64,000 nt of DNA. Origin: Ancylonema sp. Its lineage: Eukaryota. The notes beneath the pieces were generated by a model. The model was not told where the DNA came from. It made no database searches and saw nothing but the letters and a program-made list of their open reading frames with translations. Positions 12,914 to 30,675 of this stretch are shown in pieces. Numbering within the stretch: the first letter of the stretch is position 1; the number at the start of each line of letters is the position of its first letter. Position numbers and translations under genes: made by a program. The DNA is taken from positions 1 through 64,000 of the forward strand of contig JBFLGF010000115.1 in NCBI GenBank assembly GCA_050230475.1. Direction: 5' to 3'.

Positions 12914-15865
12914 AGTAAAACCTGTCTTAATTAATAATGTCGGGACCGGAAAATATTATTAATCAAGACAAGTTACAACCCAAGACAAGATCGGTTCCTA
13001 ACGACATAAAACCACTTTCTCTATGAATACGAGGGGCAACAAGTTGAAATCCAGGCCGGAATCAACCCAAACGTGTATTTTCACGTAGTTATAATCATCA
13101 TCAGAATAATATAAACGTAGTTCCAACCATGAGCCAACCCTCAATATTTGTACCCCGCATTACTCCACAAAATAACAATTTTTCAGAATTCGGCTTTAAA
13201 AAAAAAAAAAACCGGTTTTCTTTTCGGCTTTTCTTTTTCCCCCACACCACCACATTTTAAACCCCTAATCCGCACAAATCTTTGGTACGAATACGTACGT
13301 ACGGATACGTTTTGACCTCTTGTTCCACGTGGCTGCTCATGTTGCGAGGCGTCGCATTCCGGCGTCTATTTGTCATCTATTGGGGGCATCTCGGCTGGTG
13401 GCGTTGGATAAGGGTGGCGGGGCGGTACGTCCCTTTGCTGTGGGGGGGGGGTTTTATCGTTTGATCAGCCGTGCGATATGCCTTCAGATCCGGGAGGCGC
13501 TTCACGGCCATTTCGAATGGCAGTACGGCTTTGCTTTTAAAGGGGGGTGTGAGATGGTAATCTGGGGGGTGCGACTTCTTTTGGAAGCGCGTCCATCTTG
13601 GGGTGTCATCCAGGTGGACGTGAAGAACGCATTCAACACCATCAACCGCCAGGCGTTCTTTGAGGAGCTTCGTGATTCGGGGGGGGGTTGAGTAGTTTGT
13701 TCCCGTTTGTGCGAGCTTTTTATGGGGGGTCTTCCCCCCTATTCTTCCCGTGCTAGTGATCTGGCGGGGGGGGGAGGAAGGTAGTGGAGTTGGCATCTTC
13801 GACCGGGACTCGTCAGGGGGATCCCCTTGGAGGGGTATTGTTCGCCCTCGGCCACCAGCAGGCTCTTCGATCCACCGCAGCGGCGTTTCCGGACTGCGCC
13901 TCCCTTCAATTGCAGATGACACCCATATCGTGGGGTCCCCTCCCCGTGTGGGAGGCTTTTAAGTTTTTTGTGGAAGCTTTCAAAACTCGGTCTTTCCGTG
14001 CAGCCGTCAGTGTGTGGCATGGTCACCATCTGGTCGGGAGGTGTTCCGATTCTTCCGGAGGGGTGCTCTTTGCTACAGATGGCATTCGTGTGTTGGGGGC
14101 GCCTTTTGGGACGAACCAGTTTGTGCGAGGCTTCCTGGCAGGTGCGTTGGAGGAAGATACGCGGGGTCTTCAACAATTATGCCTCGTTGAGGATCCGCAG
14201 GTGGCCCTCCGCCTACTTACGCAAGTGTTTACTGCTCGACCATCATATCTGCTGCGTACTTGCCACCCTACCTCTTCCTTCCTCAACCAGCTCGGGGAGT
14301 ACGATGCGACGCTGTGGAGGGTTGTAGAGGCAGATCTATTGGGCGGGGTGGTTGGTTGCACTTCGGACCATATTGGTTTGTCGCGTGACCAAGCTTGTTT
14401 GCCGATCGCCCGGGGGGGCGTGGGTTTGGTTCGTACTACTCGGGTTCTTGCCTCAGCTGCTTTTATTGGCTCTTATGCTCTCGCCGCGCCTGCACTCGCA
14501 TCAACTGCTTTCCAGCAGCACGGTTTATCATTCGGCCCGTTTTTCAGCACTGTGGACGAGGGAGGTCTACGAACACAGATCGTGCTTCGAGAAGCGCGAG
14601 AGCTTCTTCACCCAACAGTTCGCGCGGCACTGCCTCCATATGCGACCTTGGCCGTGGCTTCTATTCCTCACTTGCAACCGACACTTCTTGATGCTACCTA
14701 CGCTGCTCCGTTTGAGGTGCTTGTGGCGAGCACCGATCTCGCGACATCGAGGGCGAGGCTTCGGTCCGCCAGTGGACCCGGTGCGGGTCATTGGCTACAA
14801 GCGTCCCCCATCATTCCCTCCCTTCGTATCCCCCTTCCCCTATTCCTTACTGCCGTGCGCTTGCGCCTCGGGTTTCCCCACCCTTGTCTTGCTACCTATG
14901 ATACGTGCGCGTGCGGCAACTCTATGGACGCCCTGGGTACGCATCTTATGCGCTGCAGTCGAGGGGGGGAGCGCACTTCATCTCATGACTCGGTGCGAGA
15001 TTCCGTATATCACATCCTCGCGAGTCGGGTCCGCATGTTCAACGAGAACGTACGGGGTTTCTTCCGTCCTCCGCTCCGGGCGGTCGTGGGGGGCGAGTGG
15101 ATATTGTTATTTCGGATGTGGTGGAGGGGCATATTTTGGTGGATGTGGTCATTGCTCACCCCACGCGGCGTGACTTGGTGGATCTCGCGGCTTGTCGAGG
15201 GTTGGTGGCCGCATAAGATGCAGAACGGCGCAAAGAAACTCATTATCGTGATCGCGCGGCAGGGACCAAGTTTATCCCGTTTGCGTTAGAGGCGTACGGT
15301 GCGCTTTCCGATGCAAGCAATCGGTTATTGGTGGATTGTGCTCACCGTGCGGCGCAACTGAATGGGCGATCGGGGCGGAATGTTAGTTTGTTAGTTACTT
15401 GGTTTCGGCAGAGAGTTGTTGCTTTACAACGTTCTCTAGCACATGCAATCCATGCTAGAACGTTGCGATTGGAAGAGGGTATGGCTCTGTTTCTTCCCCC
15501 CCCCCCCCCTCCGCGGGTGTTATTGTCGTCAGCAGAGTTAAGGATTGTTGCTCGGTTGTTTTAGGGTTGGGGTTGTTTTCCTTCTTCTGTTCCGTTGTTG
15601 TTAGGTTGGTACGATAACGTTGGTGTTGTACTCAGATGGGGTTCCCATCGTGCTTGAATAAAATGCGTCTTTCAATACGTACGGACTCCGTACTTTATTA
15701 AATAGCACTTTAATTAGCATATTGACGGGACCATGAAACATCATTGGTTATCACATTTGAGAAAGTGGTTGATAATTACACTCGCCCAAAGTCGGGACCG
15801 GTTTTTTTAAATCAATTTAGAGAGGTTATTAATTAAGAGAGTATCAAGTAAGGCAGGTTTTATTG
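12914..15865. mobile_element. Family-A pogo-like non-autonomous element interrupted by a non-LTR retrotransposon
   Basis: Left end AGTAAAACCTGTCTT; right end AAGGCAGGTTTTATTG. Internal parts on both sides of the LINE match 28670-28900 in reverse (e.g. GAGCCAACCCTC/GAGGGTTGGCTC). Confidence 0.7.
13306..15675 (+). mobile_element. 5'-truncated, frameshifted CRE-clade-like non-LTR retrotransposon (RT + CCHC + restriction-like endonuclease)
   Basis: RT motifs VRPFAVG..YRL, VDVKNAFN, GTRQGDPLG, IADDT. C-terminal CACG..D..GTHLMRC..G.RTSSHDSVRD, then RVDIV..LVDV, ERRKETHY and FIPFALEAYGA. AATAAA at about 15657. Candidate TSD TACGTACGGA at 13296-13305 and 15676-15685. Confidence 0.85.
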
Positions 15866-15914
15866 CAGCTCCGGCTACAATCGCCTATCGCTCACCAAGA
15901 TATTGCAGTGTACT

Positions 15915-16191
15915 ATTGTTAGTCCCGATCCGATCGGAAAATGTCCGATCCCGCGTCGATCGGCATCGGGTCCAATCCGATCTGGATCCGAGGCGCCGAA
16001 CATGAGGTGAAAATCGATGGAAAGAAAGGTTTCATATGCACCCATTTGGCGTAAAACCCCCCGAAAACGTGTTTCTATGGTTTTTGCTTGTTGGCCCCGA
16101 TCGGAGTATTTCCGATCCCGCGCCAATCTGGGTCAGATCCGATCCGGCGTCGATCTGGATCGGGGATCGGGATGGATCGGGACCAACATTG
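15915..16191. mobile_element. hAT-like MITE (GATCCGATCGG family)
   Basis: Inverted ends TGTTAGTCCCGATCC ... GGATCGGGACCAACA. Internally similar to 17268-17547. The TSD is not clean. Confidence 0.7.
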
Positions 16192-16435
16192 AATGTGCAA
16201 TATCATTAACACAAATCAAAATGTAAAATGTGTATAAATAAATAATTGTACATCTACAGCGACCAAAGCGCCACGAATGGATGCATACTCTTAGCCCTTC
16301 CCCATAGATATTTGACCCGCTATCTAGATCTCCTCGAATCCGAGTGCCGATTGGATGGGTTGAGATTGCCAAGGCGTTCAGTCGCCAACGATACATTAGG
16401 GGAGGGGAATTATAGCCTAGGATAATTTACAACTA

Positions 16436-16599
16436 CAGTATAACACGTCTAAAGGAATATTGTGTAAAGGAACAACCTCTCTAAAGGGTTAGAAAAGTCC
16501 GGTCCCAAAACCGGATTCTATTAGGAACCGGCTCAGTCTAAAGGAATAATCTGCCGAAAGGCCCGGTCCTGACAGTATTCCTTTAGACAAGTTTTACAG
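16436..16599. mobile_element. Short family-A pogo-like MITE
   Basis: TA|CAGTATAACACGTCTAAAGGAATA ... TATTCCTTTAGACAAGTTTTACAG|TA. Confidence 0.8.
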
Positions 16600-17267
16600 T
16601 ATAGGGCAGACGTAGTCTACTCGACATTTTTTTCACTCAAAGTAAATATAAATATTGTGAGCTGTTTCATAGTTGAGTACTATACATAAGAGCGAAAACA
16701 CACCGCCCCACCCCGCTTCTCAAATTCGAAACAAACTCAATGTTTTGTTCAAATCTCTACCCCGGAGTCTCTTTTTGCTAATTTGTGTTGTGATCTCCTT
16801 TGACAGTGATGTGTTTTTTCCATGATCTTAACAGATTGAAAATAATTTTGGTTGCCGTGTGTAATGCAATCATCTCGGCCGGGCCTCCGGTTTACGTTCT
16901 AGATGCCGCCCACTTCCGTCTGAGGTGCTCAAGGCAAAAGCGGGCCGTCAAACCTTCAAGCGGGAGAGAGCCAAAAATTGGATTGGGGCATTGATTTTAT
17001 CGTTCCATTTTGAAAATCTTACATTCCGTAGAGAAGAGTAGAAATAGAGTATGTTCCAAAGTTTAACCATTCCATTCTGCGAGATAGTGAATACTCTCGG
17101 ATTTAAGCACATCAAGACTCATCCGATCCTGCTAGGTGGGTGAGCGTTTCCCCTTTCAAGCAATTGAGGGCGAAGGCGAAAGTCCGTAGCTACCCACCGT
17201 CACAAATTATTCTCAGCAGGTACATCTAAGGTTACTACCGGGTTTGTCTTTGACGATGACTTCGCAC

Positions 17268-17547
17268 CATAGTTGGTCCCGATCCGATCGGGGAATTTCG
17301 GATCCGTGCCGATTAGGATCGGGTCCGATCCGGCGCCGATCCAGATCGAAGGCGCCATACATTTGGTGAAAATCGATGAAATCAAAAAAGAGTTTCATAT
17401 GCGTCTATTGTGGCGTAAACCCCCCCCCCTAAACTTGTTTTCTGGGTTTATTTTTTCCTTGTTGGGCCATATCCGATCGGAATATATCCGACCGCGCGCC
17501 AATTTCGGATCGGGTCCAATCCGAATCGGAGAGCTGGACCAACTATG
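17268..17547. mobile_element. hAT MITE, 280 bp, 8-bp TSD
   Basis: TIR CATAGTTGGTCC/GGACCAACTATG. TSD CTTCGCAC at 17260-17267 and 17548-17555. Confidence 0.9.
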
Positions 17548-18427
17548 CTTCGCACTCCTACCACCTTCCATCTGATCTACCTTGTCATTACTTGCAATAA
17601 AAAGTTCGTCATTATGAGAAAAATATATAGTGCAACATTTTGACACCTTTCATTAGATAAAACATTTTTTTGAGATTGATTCACTCGCAACATCAAGAGT
17701 ACACGGGGTTTTTATTTGCCAAATGATAACCACGTTTGTTACATACCATTGTTGCCTTTTGATTATTGAGGAATAATATGTTATGGCAACTTTGGAGTCC
17801 GAAATTGGTGTACCATGTAGGAAAACCGAGTTGCATGCATGTTTGCGAAGGACGCGCATTGGACCTTAACGAGGGTGAGATGTTGTCAATTATAATCATT
17901 GTGAACGAGTCTTAAGTTGTTGACTAACTTAGCTTCAATTATGTAAGCAAGATGGCAAATTGTGTGACACCACCTCTACCCGAGACCCACAAAAATAACC
18001 CATAACACATGCATACCGTATAAAATTTCGCATGCCGAGAAAATTCGGATGTTCAAAATCATCCCAACCACAACATCGTATTCACATGCTTTGGACATCC
18101 AGTGGTTGATCAAATTGATTGAACGATGGTGAAAATTCGACGAAATCTTATAGCGGTAGAACCAAACCTTTAAGTTGCAACATTTGTGGGTATCCTACCA
18201 ATCTAATCTAATCACTGCCGAAACCGTAAACGTTTTTATTTTTAAATTTAACATACACTTAGTCTGGCTAGAGAAGGCGAAAAATAATAACGTACCTTAT
18301 TCTCATGTCCAAGACTGGTTGGGATGGAGCATGCTGAGTGCGCACCTCGCTCATTCTTTGGTATATACAGCCTCGATAACATAAATAATGATTTAAAAAA
18401 CGAGGTGAAGCGTCATGCAACCAAGGG

Positions 18428-20150
18428 TCACGCCGTGGTTCTCTTCCGTTTTTGAATGCTCCATTTGATGACTACAGGAAGGAGTGATATGAGAGCCAAC
18501 AAGCACAACATAAAGATGGTCTTCACATCATATAAGTCGTTAAGCGACTCTATGGAGTTGAGCATACTCCCAGCTTTCACTGACACAAAGGCGGAGGGAC
18601 TGAATCCCAAAAACGTGCCTAAAAGAAAGTCTCTGCACCCACAAACCCTACACGGTCTTGTCACCTTCTCACCTTTCGTTATAGATTACACATGCCACAT
18701 GCCACATGCCACATACACCCAAGAGTGGTACTACATAGTCGAAACGTTGCTCATTGGCACATGATCCAATACTGATTTGAGGGCGGTAGTTTGAAACCTC
18801 TGTACAAACAAGTTGAGCAACGAGCCTCCATGCCCCCATATGTAGCCTTAAATCTTGTGCAAGTTGTTCCCGGAGCTTATGCTTGTATGCTACAACAAGG
18901 TAGGCTATTGCAACTTTCCGCCCTCCACCCTCCGCCCTCGACCAACACCAGTGGTTGAGGCATGTAAATCACAATACACCACACATGTTCTGGCCCATAG
19001 GTAGGGGGGTGCAAACCCACGGGTAGAAACCGACACCTCTGAAGCAGTATCTGGAAAGATGATCGATTTGTGTACCTGAAAGGTACGCTGACGATCGGAG
19101 CCGCCACGTTTACGAACCAATGAGGCGCCATGGGTGTGACTCGGAGGAAGATGACGTAGCTCCACAAATTGTGGCGGTGGCGGCGCACCTCCGACCGCAG
19201 CCAATCACAGCGTTTGGGCAATGTCATGTGAATCACGTCTTTGAGCAAGAGACGGGAGAGACCGTAGCAGCAAGAAGCCCCCAACGCCCCGACAACCTGC
19301 GGACGTCCGCACCCACCGATTCAGCGGACGGCATGAGGGGGGAAGGAGTGGACGGAGACCAACCCTTGCATTGCACATGCTAACGAAGTCGATTGTCTGA
19401 GTGTGCTCATCATGCTTTTTCCTTCGCACGTATGGCCACATCACGATCCGGTGGTTCTGTGCTTCACTTACGGAGACCAGAATTAGGCCCCAGTAGAATC
19501 CGAATAGAGATCCCGCCAAAATGGAGAGTAGGAGCGAGCCGGGTATGATAAAAGTCTGCAGCAGCAGATATGTCGCCGCAAAGCACAGCACCACTCGTCC
19601 CCCATGCTCGTTCTGGTACAGCCCCAATGTTGTTTTCATACGACGAACTTCGTCAAGGCTCCGTGGCAGCTGTGCTGGCACCCCACATAGACGACGTCAG
19701 AATGAATTATATTCTGAGGATAATATTTGGAGGGAGAGCGAGCGCAGGTGGTCGTAGCATGGGTGAAAAGGAGACCTTCAGGAGGCTCTGGGCTGGATAG
19801 CCATCCTGCGCTGCTTCCAAAGGGGGAAAGGAACGAAGAAGGAAACCAATAGCGGCCAAGCATGCCACGAAAATTGCGGCCAAAATGACGACGCGCAGAA
19901 GCCATCGTTTCCGGAACTCGATGGCACTGACTTCCACCTGAGTGAGGGAAGAAGTCTTGATGGAGACCACCGTGTGCGCACTCGAGCCAGGATCAGCCTC
20001 TGAACGTTCTCCGGAAGAAATCAAAGACTTTGAAACTGTATCTGGACGCAAAACGGTCGCGAATGATCCCGTAGATTTTTCGACCGCATCTGTGAACGCT
20101 TCAGGATCACCAAGGGCACAGCCATCGCGCCCATCGCGCTCGCCTGCCAT
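18428..20150 (-). CDS. TMEM41: TMEM41-like VTT/DedA (SNARE-associated Golgi) membrane protein, 332 aa, 4 exons
   Basis: Exons 20150-19776, 19669-19472, 19296-19076 and 18632-18428, all GT-AG and in frame (999 nt). Motifs LKLPRSLDE, YLLLQTFIIPGSLLLSILAGSLFG, GASCCYGLS, YVIFLRVTPMAPHWFVNVAAPIVSVP and GTFLGFSP. Confidence 0.92.
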
Positions 20151-20289
20151 GGCCCCGACTCTGCTTAAGCCGTGTAGGTCCCGCGGGTATACAGTTCCAT
20201 GCGCAAGATGCTAACCGCTATGATCACAGTGTACAGCGGTTAACGGCTGGCAGCTGCGGCTGGCGGCTGGCGGCTGGCTGGCTGGAAGT

Positions 20290-20951
20290 CACACCTTGGA
20301 CCTCGATATAGTAACCCCTGATATTGTAATTCTCTCGATATAGTAGTCTAAAATTATGCCGCGTTCTATTTCTATACAAAAGTACCCTTCATATGGTATA
20401 GTAACATGCGTTCATACTAACCCAAAGAGACCTCAGTTACATTTGGAAGGTTACTATATAAAGTAGAATGTGTGATTTATGCGTGTTATGTGTCATATAA
20501 CAATATATATGAAGAAAGAAGGGAAAGAACTAGAAAAACCGTTATCTGAGGTCCCTTCCAGGTATCTACTCACAAGTGTTTTTCTTCAGATGCCTCCTCC
20601 TCTGTACACGCGGCTGCGGGCGTGTCCGTTTTCGTTAAGTGTCTTTCTCAAGACAATGTCAGCAGATTGCCAAGTGACATGGTGCAAGTACAACAAACAT
20701 TCTAGGTGACCGATTTACATCCACTTATTGAAACGTAGCACACAAAAAAAACGGATGAGTGTCATCCCGAATTGATCTCTCGATTTCGAGGAATCGCACT
20801 GTCCCTCGTTATAGCAACATTTGATTATGTATAACATATCAAATGCTAATCAAACTATAAGTCAAACAAAAACTATACAATCTATAGTAACAGTTCGATA
20901 CGGTAACTCAAAACCCCGCCGGAAATTAGCTACTTTATCGAGGTTCGACTA
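20290..20951. mobile_element. Family-B pogo-like MITE upstream of TMEM41
   Basis: Left end GGACCTCGATATAGTAAC with repeated CTCGATATAGTA; right end TACTTTATCGAGGTTCGACTA|TA. Confidence 0.6.
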
Positions 20952-21610
20952 TAGGAAGTTCACTTTGTGAAATGAGCCGAGGTGACCCCCACTGAGCTCG
21001 AATGGTTTCAATCGAGCTCGAGCTTAATGAGCTCATTTTATTCGGGTATCCGATCCCGGGTACATCCCGGGTAAAGCGTGGAGCCCGATTGGCCAAGACG
21101 GTTATTCACCGACCGAAACCAGACTTGGGTTGCCAAGCCTTCACAAACTTCCCAAACTTGGGTTCAAATTGAAAACGTCATCACTCCAAAGTTATAGTCT
21201 AGTCCGGGACCAACACTTAACAACGGGATATAGTGGATGAGATTGCGATTGTAGGGACCCACACACACACACATTATTATGGCTTCAAACCTTTCTTCCG
21301 ACATCGGCACACAGAGGTCGAAACCCGCCTAGTGGGCCTTCTATGTCATGATTCAAAACCGACCGAGTGCATCAGTGTTGTACAAAATGGATAGGGGTCA
21401 TTCCGTCCGTCACGATTATGTGCTCGGTATATCCAGATCCTACGAGTAAGGTGTACGCGGTGTTGCATGGCACGAGAAGTGCGGAAGACACTTTGCCGTA
21501 TCCCCATGCCTTCGTTTAACAAACCGATGACACCTGCCAAAATCGGGAACTTTCAAGTTCGGGTGTTGACTCATGTTGAGACATGTCGTCTTTTCACTCG
21601 GTTCGAAACA

Positions 21611-21770
21611 CAATATAATTTGTCTAAAGGAATACTGTCGGGACCGGGAATAAGTGTTATTCACTTAGACAGACACGGTTCCTAACAAATCCGATTTTGA
21701 GACCGGAAATGTTCAAGTCCTTTAGAGAGGTTATTCTTTTAGACAATATTCCTTCAGACAGGGTCTACTG
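21611..21770. mobile_element. Short family-A pogo-like MITE
   Basis: TGTCTAAAGGAATACTGTCGGGACCGG ... ATTCCTTCAGACAGGGTCTACTG|TA. Confidence 0.75.
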
Positions 21771-22396
21771 TACGCGCCATGCACATACTGGGTTTGTAAT
21801 GTTACCCGTTTGCACTTCCGACCTACATGCGTAACTTGTACTTGACAAGCATATATAGTGGAAACAACTTGCGTGTCAACTTGAGTGCCAACTTGATTCG
21901 CGTAATCATGGCTCCACCGAATCAAGACCTTCCACACTAAGAAGGATGCTTGCTTGTCGTTCCATATTTCGTTAGCGACGATATGACATGACTAACAACG
22001 GAAGGGTTGGTCACGAGATTCAAGGAATGTCAAGGAATGCGCGCAAGTTGCGAATATATGTCAAGTGTCTGACTTCACTTCCTAATAAGCACAGTGCCCA
22101 ACCAAGGACGGAGGTGTCATTGGCTCAATCTATGTACAACATACTCTTACAACCATTTAGCATTCTCCTATTGAGTAGGCAAGAAACAACTACCAATAGT
22201 CAATATCCGCTCCTCCGCAAAATCCTCCCAGGATCAAGTCAACCCACTATTTCGATCAACTGCAAAACCAATAGTCCATTGTTCCATTGCCAATCCGCCT
22301 TGCACCACACCAATCCCTAGCCTGCTGTTCTACGTACTCAAGGGACAGACATTCAATTCAACACTTTCAATTGAGAGGGGAGATTTGTTACGCCAC

Positions 22397-26714
<4,318 letters not shown>

Positions 26715-26831
26715 GGTGTCGCAAAACTGAACTTCCCTGTGCGGTTGGGGACAAGGGAACTGAGAAATGGGATATCTGTAGGGGAGTTTTCTCAATCATG
26801 TATCTCCCGGGGTACAGTGCAATTCTTGGTA

Positions 26832-29279
26832 CAGTAAAACCTGTCTTGATTCATATTGTCCTTATCAAGAACCTGTCTTAAATAGTATCCCCCCCCCCGT
26901 TTCCCCCCCCCGGCCCCCGGCCCCCGGCATGCAGTCAGTACCGGCTGGCTTTCTGGCCGTTCGAAACTTGCCGGTACCTTGCGTGAAATCGTCACTGTCG
27001 TTAATCTTGGTAAGTATCTCGCTATATCGCGACTGGCGAGTGGCAAATCGCCGCTGTACGTGAAGAAGCATCGATACTCCGCTAGGGTTGTTACCTCCGC
27101 ATTTTTCACCGCGGTAGGTAAAGTACCATCCGCGCCCAACCGTTTCGGTTGGGCCCAGCCGGGTGACTTTTTCTCAACCGCATCCCAACCGCCACCCGGT
27201 TGGGAAGGTGCCACCCGGGTGGGATGCGGTTGGGCGGTTGGCAAAATGGCAAAAAATAACGAAAATTTCAGAAGTCTAGATTCAAAAGAAGGGTCCAAAA
27301 TTGAATTGCAACACGAAAATTTCAAGACCTACGTTTCAAAAAAAAAAAACCATCGAAGTTAAATATCGACACACGTAGGTCATGTATGAGAAGGCTTCTC
27401 TGCCACCGAATGTGTTTTTCCCTTCTTTGTTCCATTCGAATGTTCGTCCTCTACTTCTTGTCTTCTTGACCTCTTCTCATAGGCAACATATATGTTCTTA
27501 TTGGTAGAGTAAACAAGATATATGACAATATGAACACATCGTTCATGTCTCCTTGAAATCCCCTCATGATCGCTCTACTAAAATGTGGAGAATTGTGGGG
27601 GGGGGGGGAATTTACGAGTGTGGTAGAATAATGTATGTGTTTAACAAACACGTTATAAAGAAGTACACATCGTAAATAAGTATGGGATGGTTCACAAAAT
27701 GAACACGTGAAAGGTAATAATTATATGTAGGAACCGAAAGGTATCCGAAAGGAACCCTTCACGTATGATACAAAGATATTGAAAGAAGAAGTATGATAAG
27801 AAGTTTGTACGCCATATCCTATTATAAATTTGTACTTATAGACGAAGGCGGAGAGGATACACAAAAAAAAAAAAAAATTTAATTTTTTTTTCTTTTTTTG
27901 AAAATACCCAACCGCACCCAACCGCACCCCAACCGCAACCCAACCGCCCCAACCGCATCCCACCCGGGTGGGGGTTCGCCAACCGGGTAGGAGTTGGCTT
28001 GCGGTTGGTCCAAAGCCACCCGGGTGGGCCAACCGCTACCTTATGAGCGCGGTCGGGGTTGGCCACTGCGCGGTTGTGCGGTTGGCCGCCGCGCGGTTGG
28101 CGCGGAGGTAAACAACCCTGTACTCCGCACGACGCTTTCTTTACTTCATTCCTCGGCTGTCACAATTTACCCGCATCGAGTGCACAGCCCACCAATCTCT
28201 ACAATTTACGATGAATCTACAGCGCTGACATTCTTGCGTATATTCAGAAAAGAAAAACCCAAAAAATATTTTTGCTATGTTGTTTGCGCGCGTTTGCTAA
28301 TCATTTTACTGTTTCGTCTTCTGTCTTAGCATCAGAAATCTGTAGCGTAACAAAAATATAAGATATTTGAAAAAAGGATCACACACCGTATCTCCGCGTT
28401 AAATTTGGTTACAAAGTCGCGCAGATTTCATAACTTGAAAGCTGCGAATGATGACAGCCCGCATTGAAAGGTTTGCTGGCGAAGTCAAGGTGCAATGAAG
28501 GCCGATTCGAGTGGAAAGGGAGGCTACCAGACCTCATGCTTCGTTTCGCTAATGTGGCAATATCGTCATCCGATTCTTTTTTACGGCAAGTTTCGAGCGG
28601 CCAAATCAGCAGCCGGTAGTCGATTTGACGACTGCATGCTGATAAGGATTCCCTATGATCAATCCTCTACGACGTGATAATTGATAAATTTCCCCGGTCC
28701 CGCCGACTTGCTAATTAACAATGCACGTGATCCGTGATTATCCGTACACAATATTTGTACGGATTTAGAATTTTAAATTTGGGGGGGGGCGGTTGGGAAA
28801 CCGAAAAAAAAAAAGCAAACAAGTGTTTGTGGAGTAAAAAGAGCTACAAACATGGAGGGTTGGCTCAAAATTTTAACTGCGTTTATATCATTAGTACTTT
28901 TATTATTACACCTATGTTAAAATACCCATCTCGGCTGATTCCGACCTCGTTAATTGTTGGCCCTCGTATTCACTGGGTTTAGAACAGTTGGAATCAATCA
29001 TGTCTCAGTTTATGACATTGGGCAAATTTCATTATATCGAGAGAAAGGTGAGATTTGGGTATCAGATCGAGTTCGCAAAAAAAATTAAGGGAGGTGGGTC
29101 ATCTAAACGGTGTTGGATATAATAGCCATTCACTAAAGTAGAATCTTTCTAGATAAGTAATGTCGAGACCTTGAAAATAAAATAATTTAGACACATTGCT
29201 AATTTTCAGACTTCGAGTGAGAACCCGAAATTGGACAAGTTCTTAATTTTCAATATATAAATTTAGACAGGTTTCACTG
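26832..29279. mobile_element. Family-A pogo-like non-autonomous element (middle layer)
   Basis: TA|CAGTAAAACCTGTCT ... AGACAGGTTTCACTG|TA. Internally homologous to 12914-15865. Confidence 0.75.
27083..28120. mobile_element. hAT non-autonomous element, 1038 bp, 8-bp TSD
   Basis: TIR TAGGGTTGTTACCTCCGC / GCGGAGGTAAACAACCCTG. TSD TACTCCGC at 27075-27082 and 28121-28128. Many subterminal CAACCG/CGGTTG motifs. Confidence 0.92.
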
Positions 29280-30544
29280 TATATTGACATCGCAATAGTA
29301 AAATCTGGGATTTTTTGTCACTCTCACTTATGTTACTGTAACTATTGTCACTAAAAATAGTAAATTTTCACATAGGATTTAAATTAGGGTAAAAGAAATG
29401 TCACTATATCGAGATTGTCGGTGTAGAGTATGTCACTATACCAAGATTGTAATGTATCGTGGTACGATATACCGTACTATAATCGTACCGTAGTCACACC
29501 TCTGTTGGTCAATGCAAACCGACGATTATATAGAGTGTCGTTATGCTTATATCGAGGGCGATTTCATATTGATTTTAAAAAGCTATCGTCATACCGAGGT
29601 TGTCGTTATATCGAGGGTCGTTATATCGAGGGAGCACTGTACTTCATTCTTGCATTCACGTATGTATGTATGTAGACATGCATAATTGTAACTTTGTTCG
29701 ACTATATGTTAGTGTGTCGACAGAATGGATGTATAAGTGTATGCGTAGGGGTGTATGTTAGTATCGGATATATGTGTAAAAGTATGCAATGTTATGTGCA
29801 TAATCTTATTGGTATATACGTATGTATAGCTATGGCAACCTTAATTTATGTACAAATAAGGCTTACATTTCTCTATGTCAACACGTATGTTTATGTCTGT
29901 GTTTCCTTCCACACAACATCTATTAACATGTGACAATATCGCTGATGTAAATAAGCAAACATTGATATCATAGACAAATATATGTAGACATATACACAGT
30001 CGTTCCTTTCTAACAACATCCACTATACCTTATGAAGACACCTAAATTATGCACTTGGAATTGTCCCCACCGAGTCTTACCTCAATACCAATCAATGCCA
30101 TTGATGATTGAATGAATTGCATCTTACTTATAGTGATACTTTGGCTTTAATTTTGTGACAAGCAGTGAATTACCTGCCATGGGTTTAAGTGGCAACTTTC
30201 CAAACAGCATTGCAAACTTGACTTCAATAGAGACGATGTGAGTTCCCCCCCCCCCCCCCCCCCTTCGGCATGTTTTGGCAATTTTGTGTCGTAGAGAGGG
30301 AAACCTTTTTCTTGTACTTTTTCTTGTTTTGGACTTCACGGAAATTGTTATTATTCATTATTATTCATTATTAATATTCACGGATTTGATATGCAAGATG
30401 AAGAGTGTAGAGCACACCATCTCTTAGTTTGTACACTAGGGTAGATAGTACTCTCTTTCATTTTACGAATAAAGCTTTCAAACCTTCTCATAGAAAGGTC
30501 CAATAGTCGAAGAAGTAAGGTGGCACTCCATTTGATGTCAATAC

Positions 30545-30675
30545 ATGTGATGTACCCAATTGTGATGTTCCCCAATGTGATGTTCCCCTATGTGATGTAC
30601 CCCTATGTGATGTACCCCAATGTGATGTACCCTATGTGGTGTACCCCTATGTGATGTACCCCGATTTGATGTACA
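30545..30675. repeat. 15-bp minisatellite (ATGTGATGTACCCCT)n
   Basis: About 8 imperfect copies inside an LRR-gene intron. Confidence 0.85.

Larger units (their letters stand above)
26815..29639. mobile_element. Outer family-B pogo-like element of a triple nest
   Basis: TA|CAGTGCAATTCTTGG(TA, insertion)TATTGACATCG ... CGTTATATCGAGGGAGCACTG|TA. The left TIR is degenerate and split by the family-A insertion. Confidence 0.55.
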
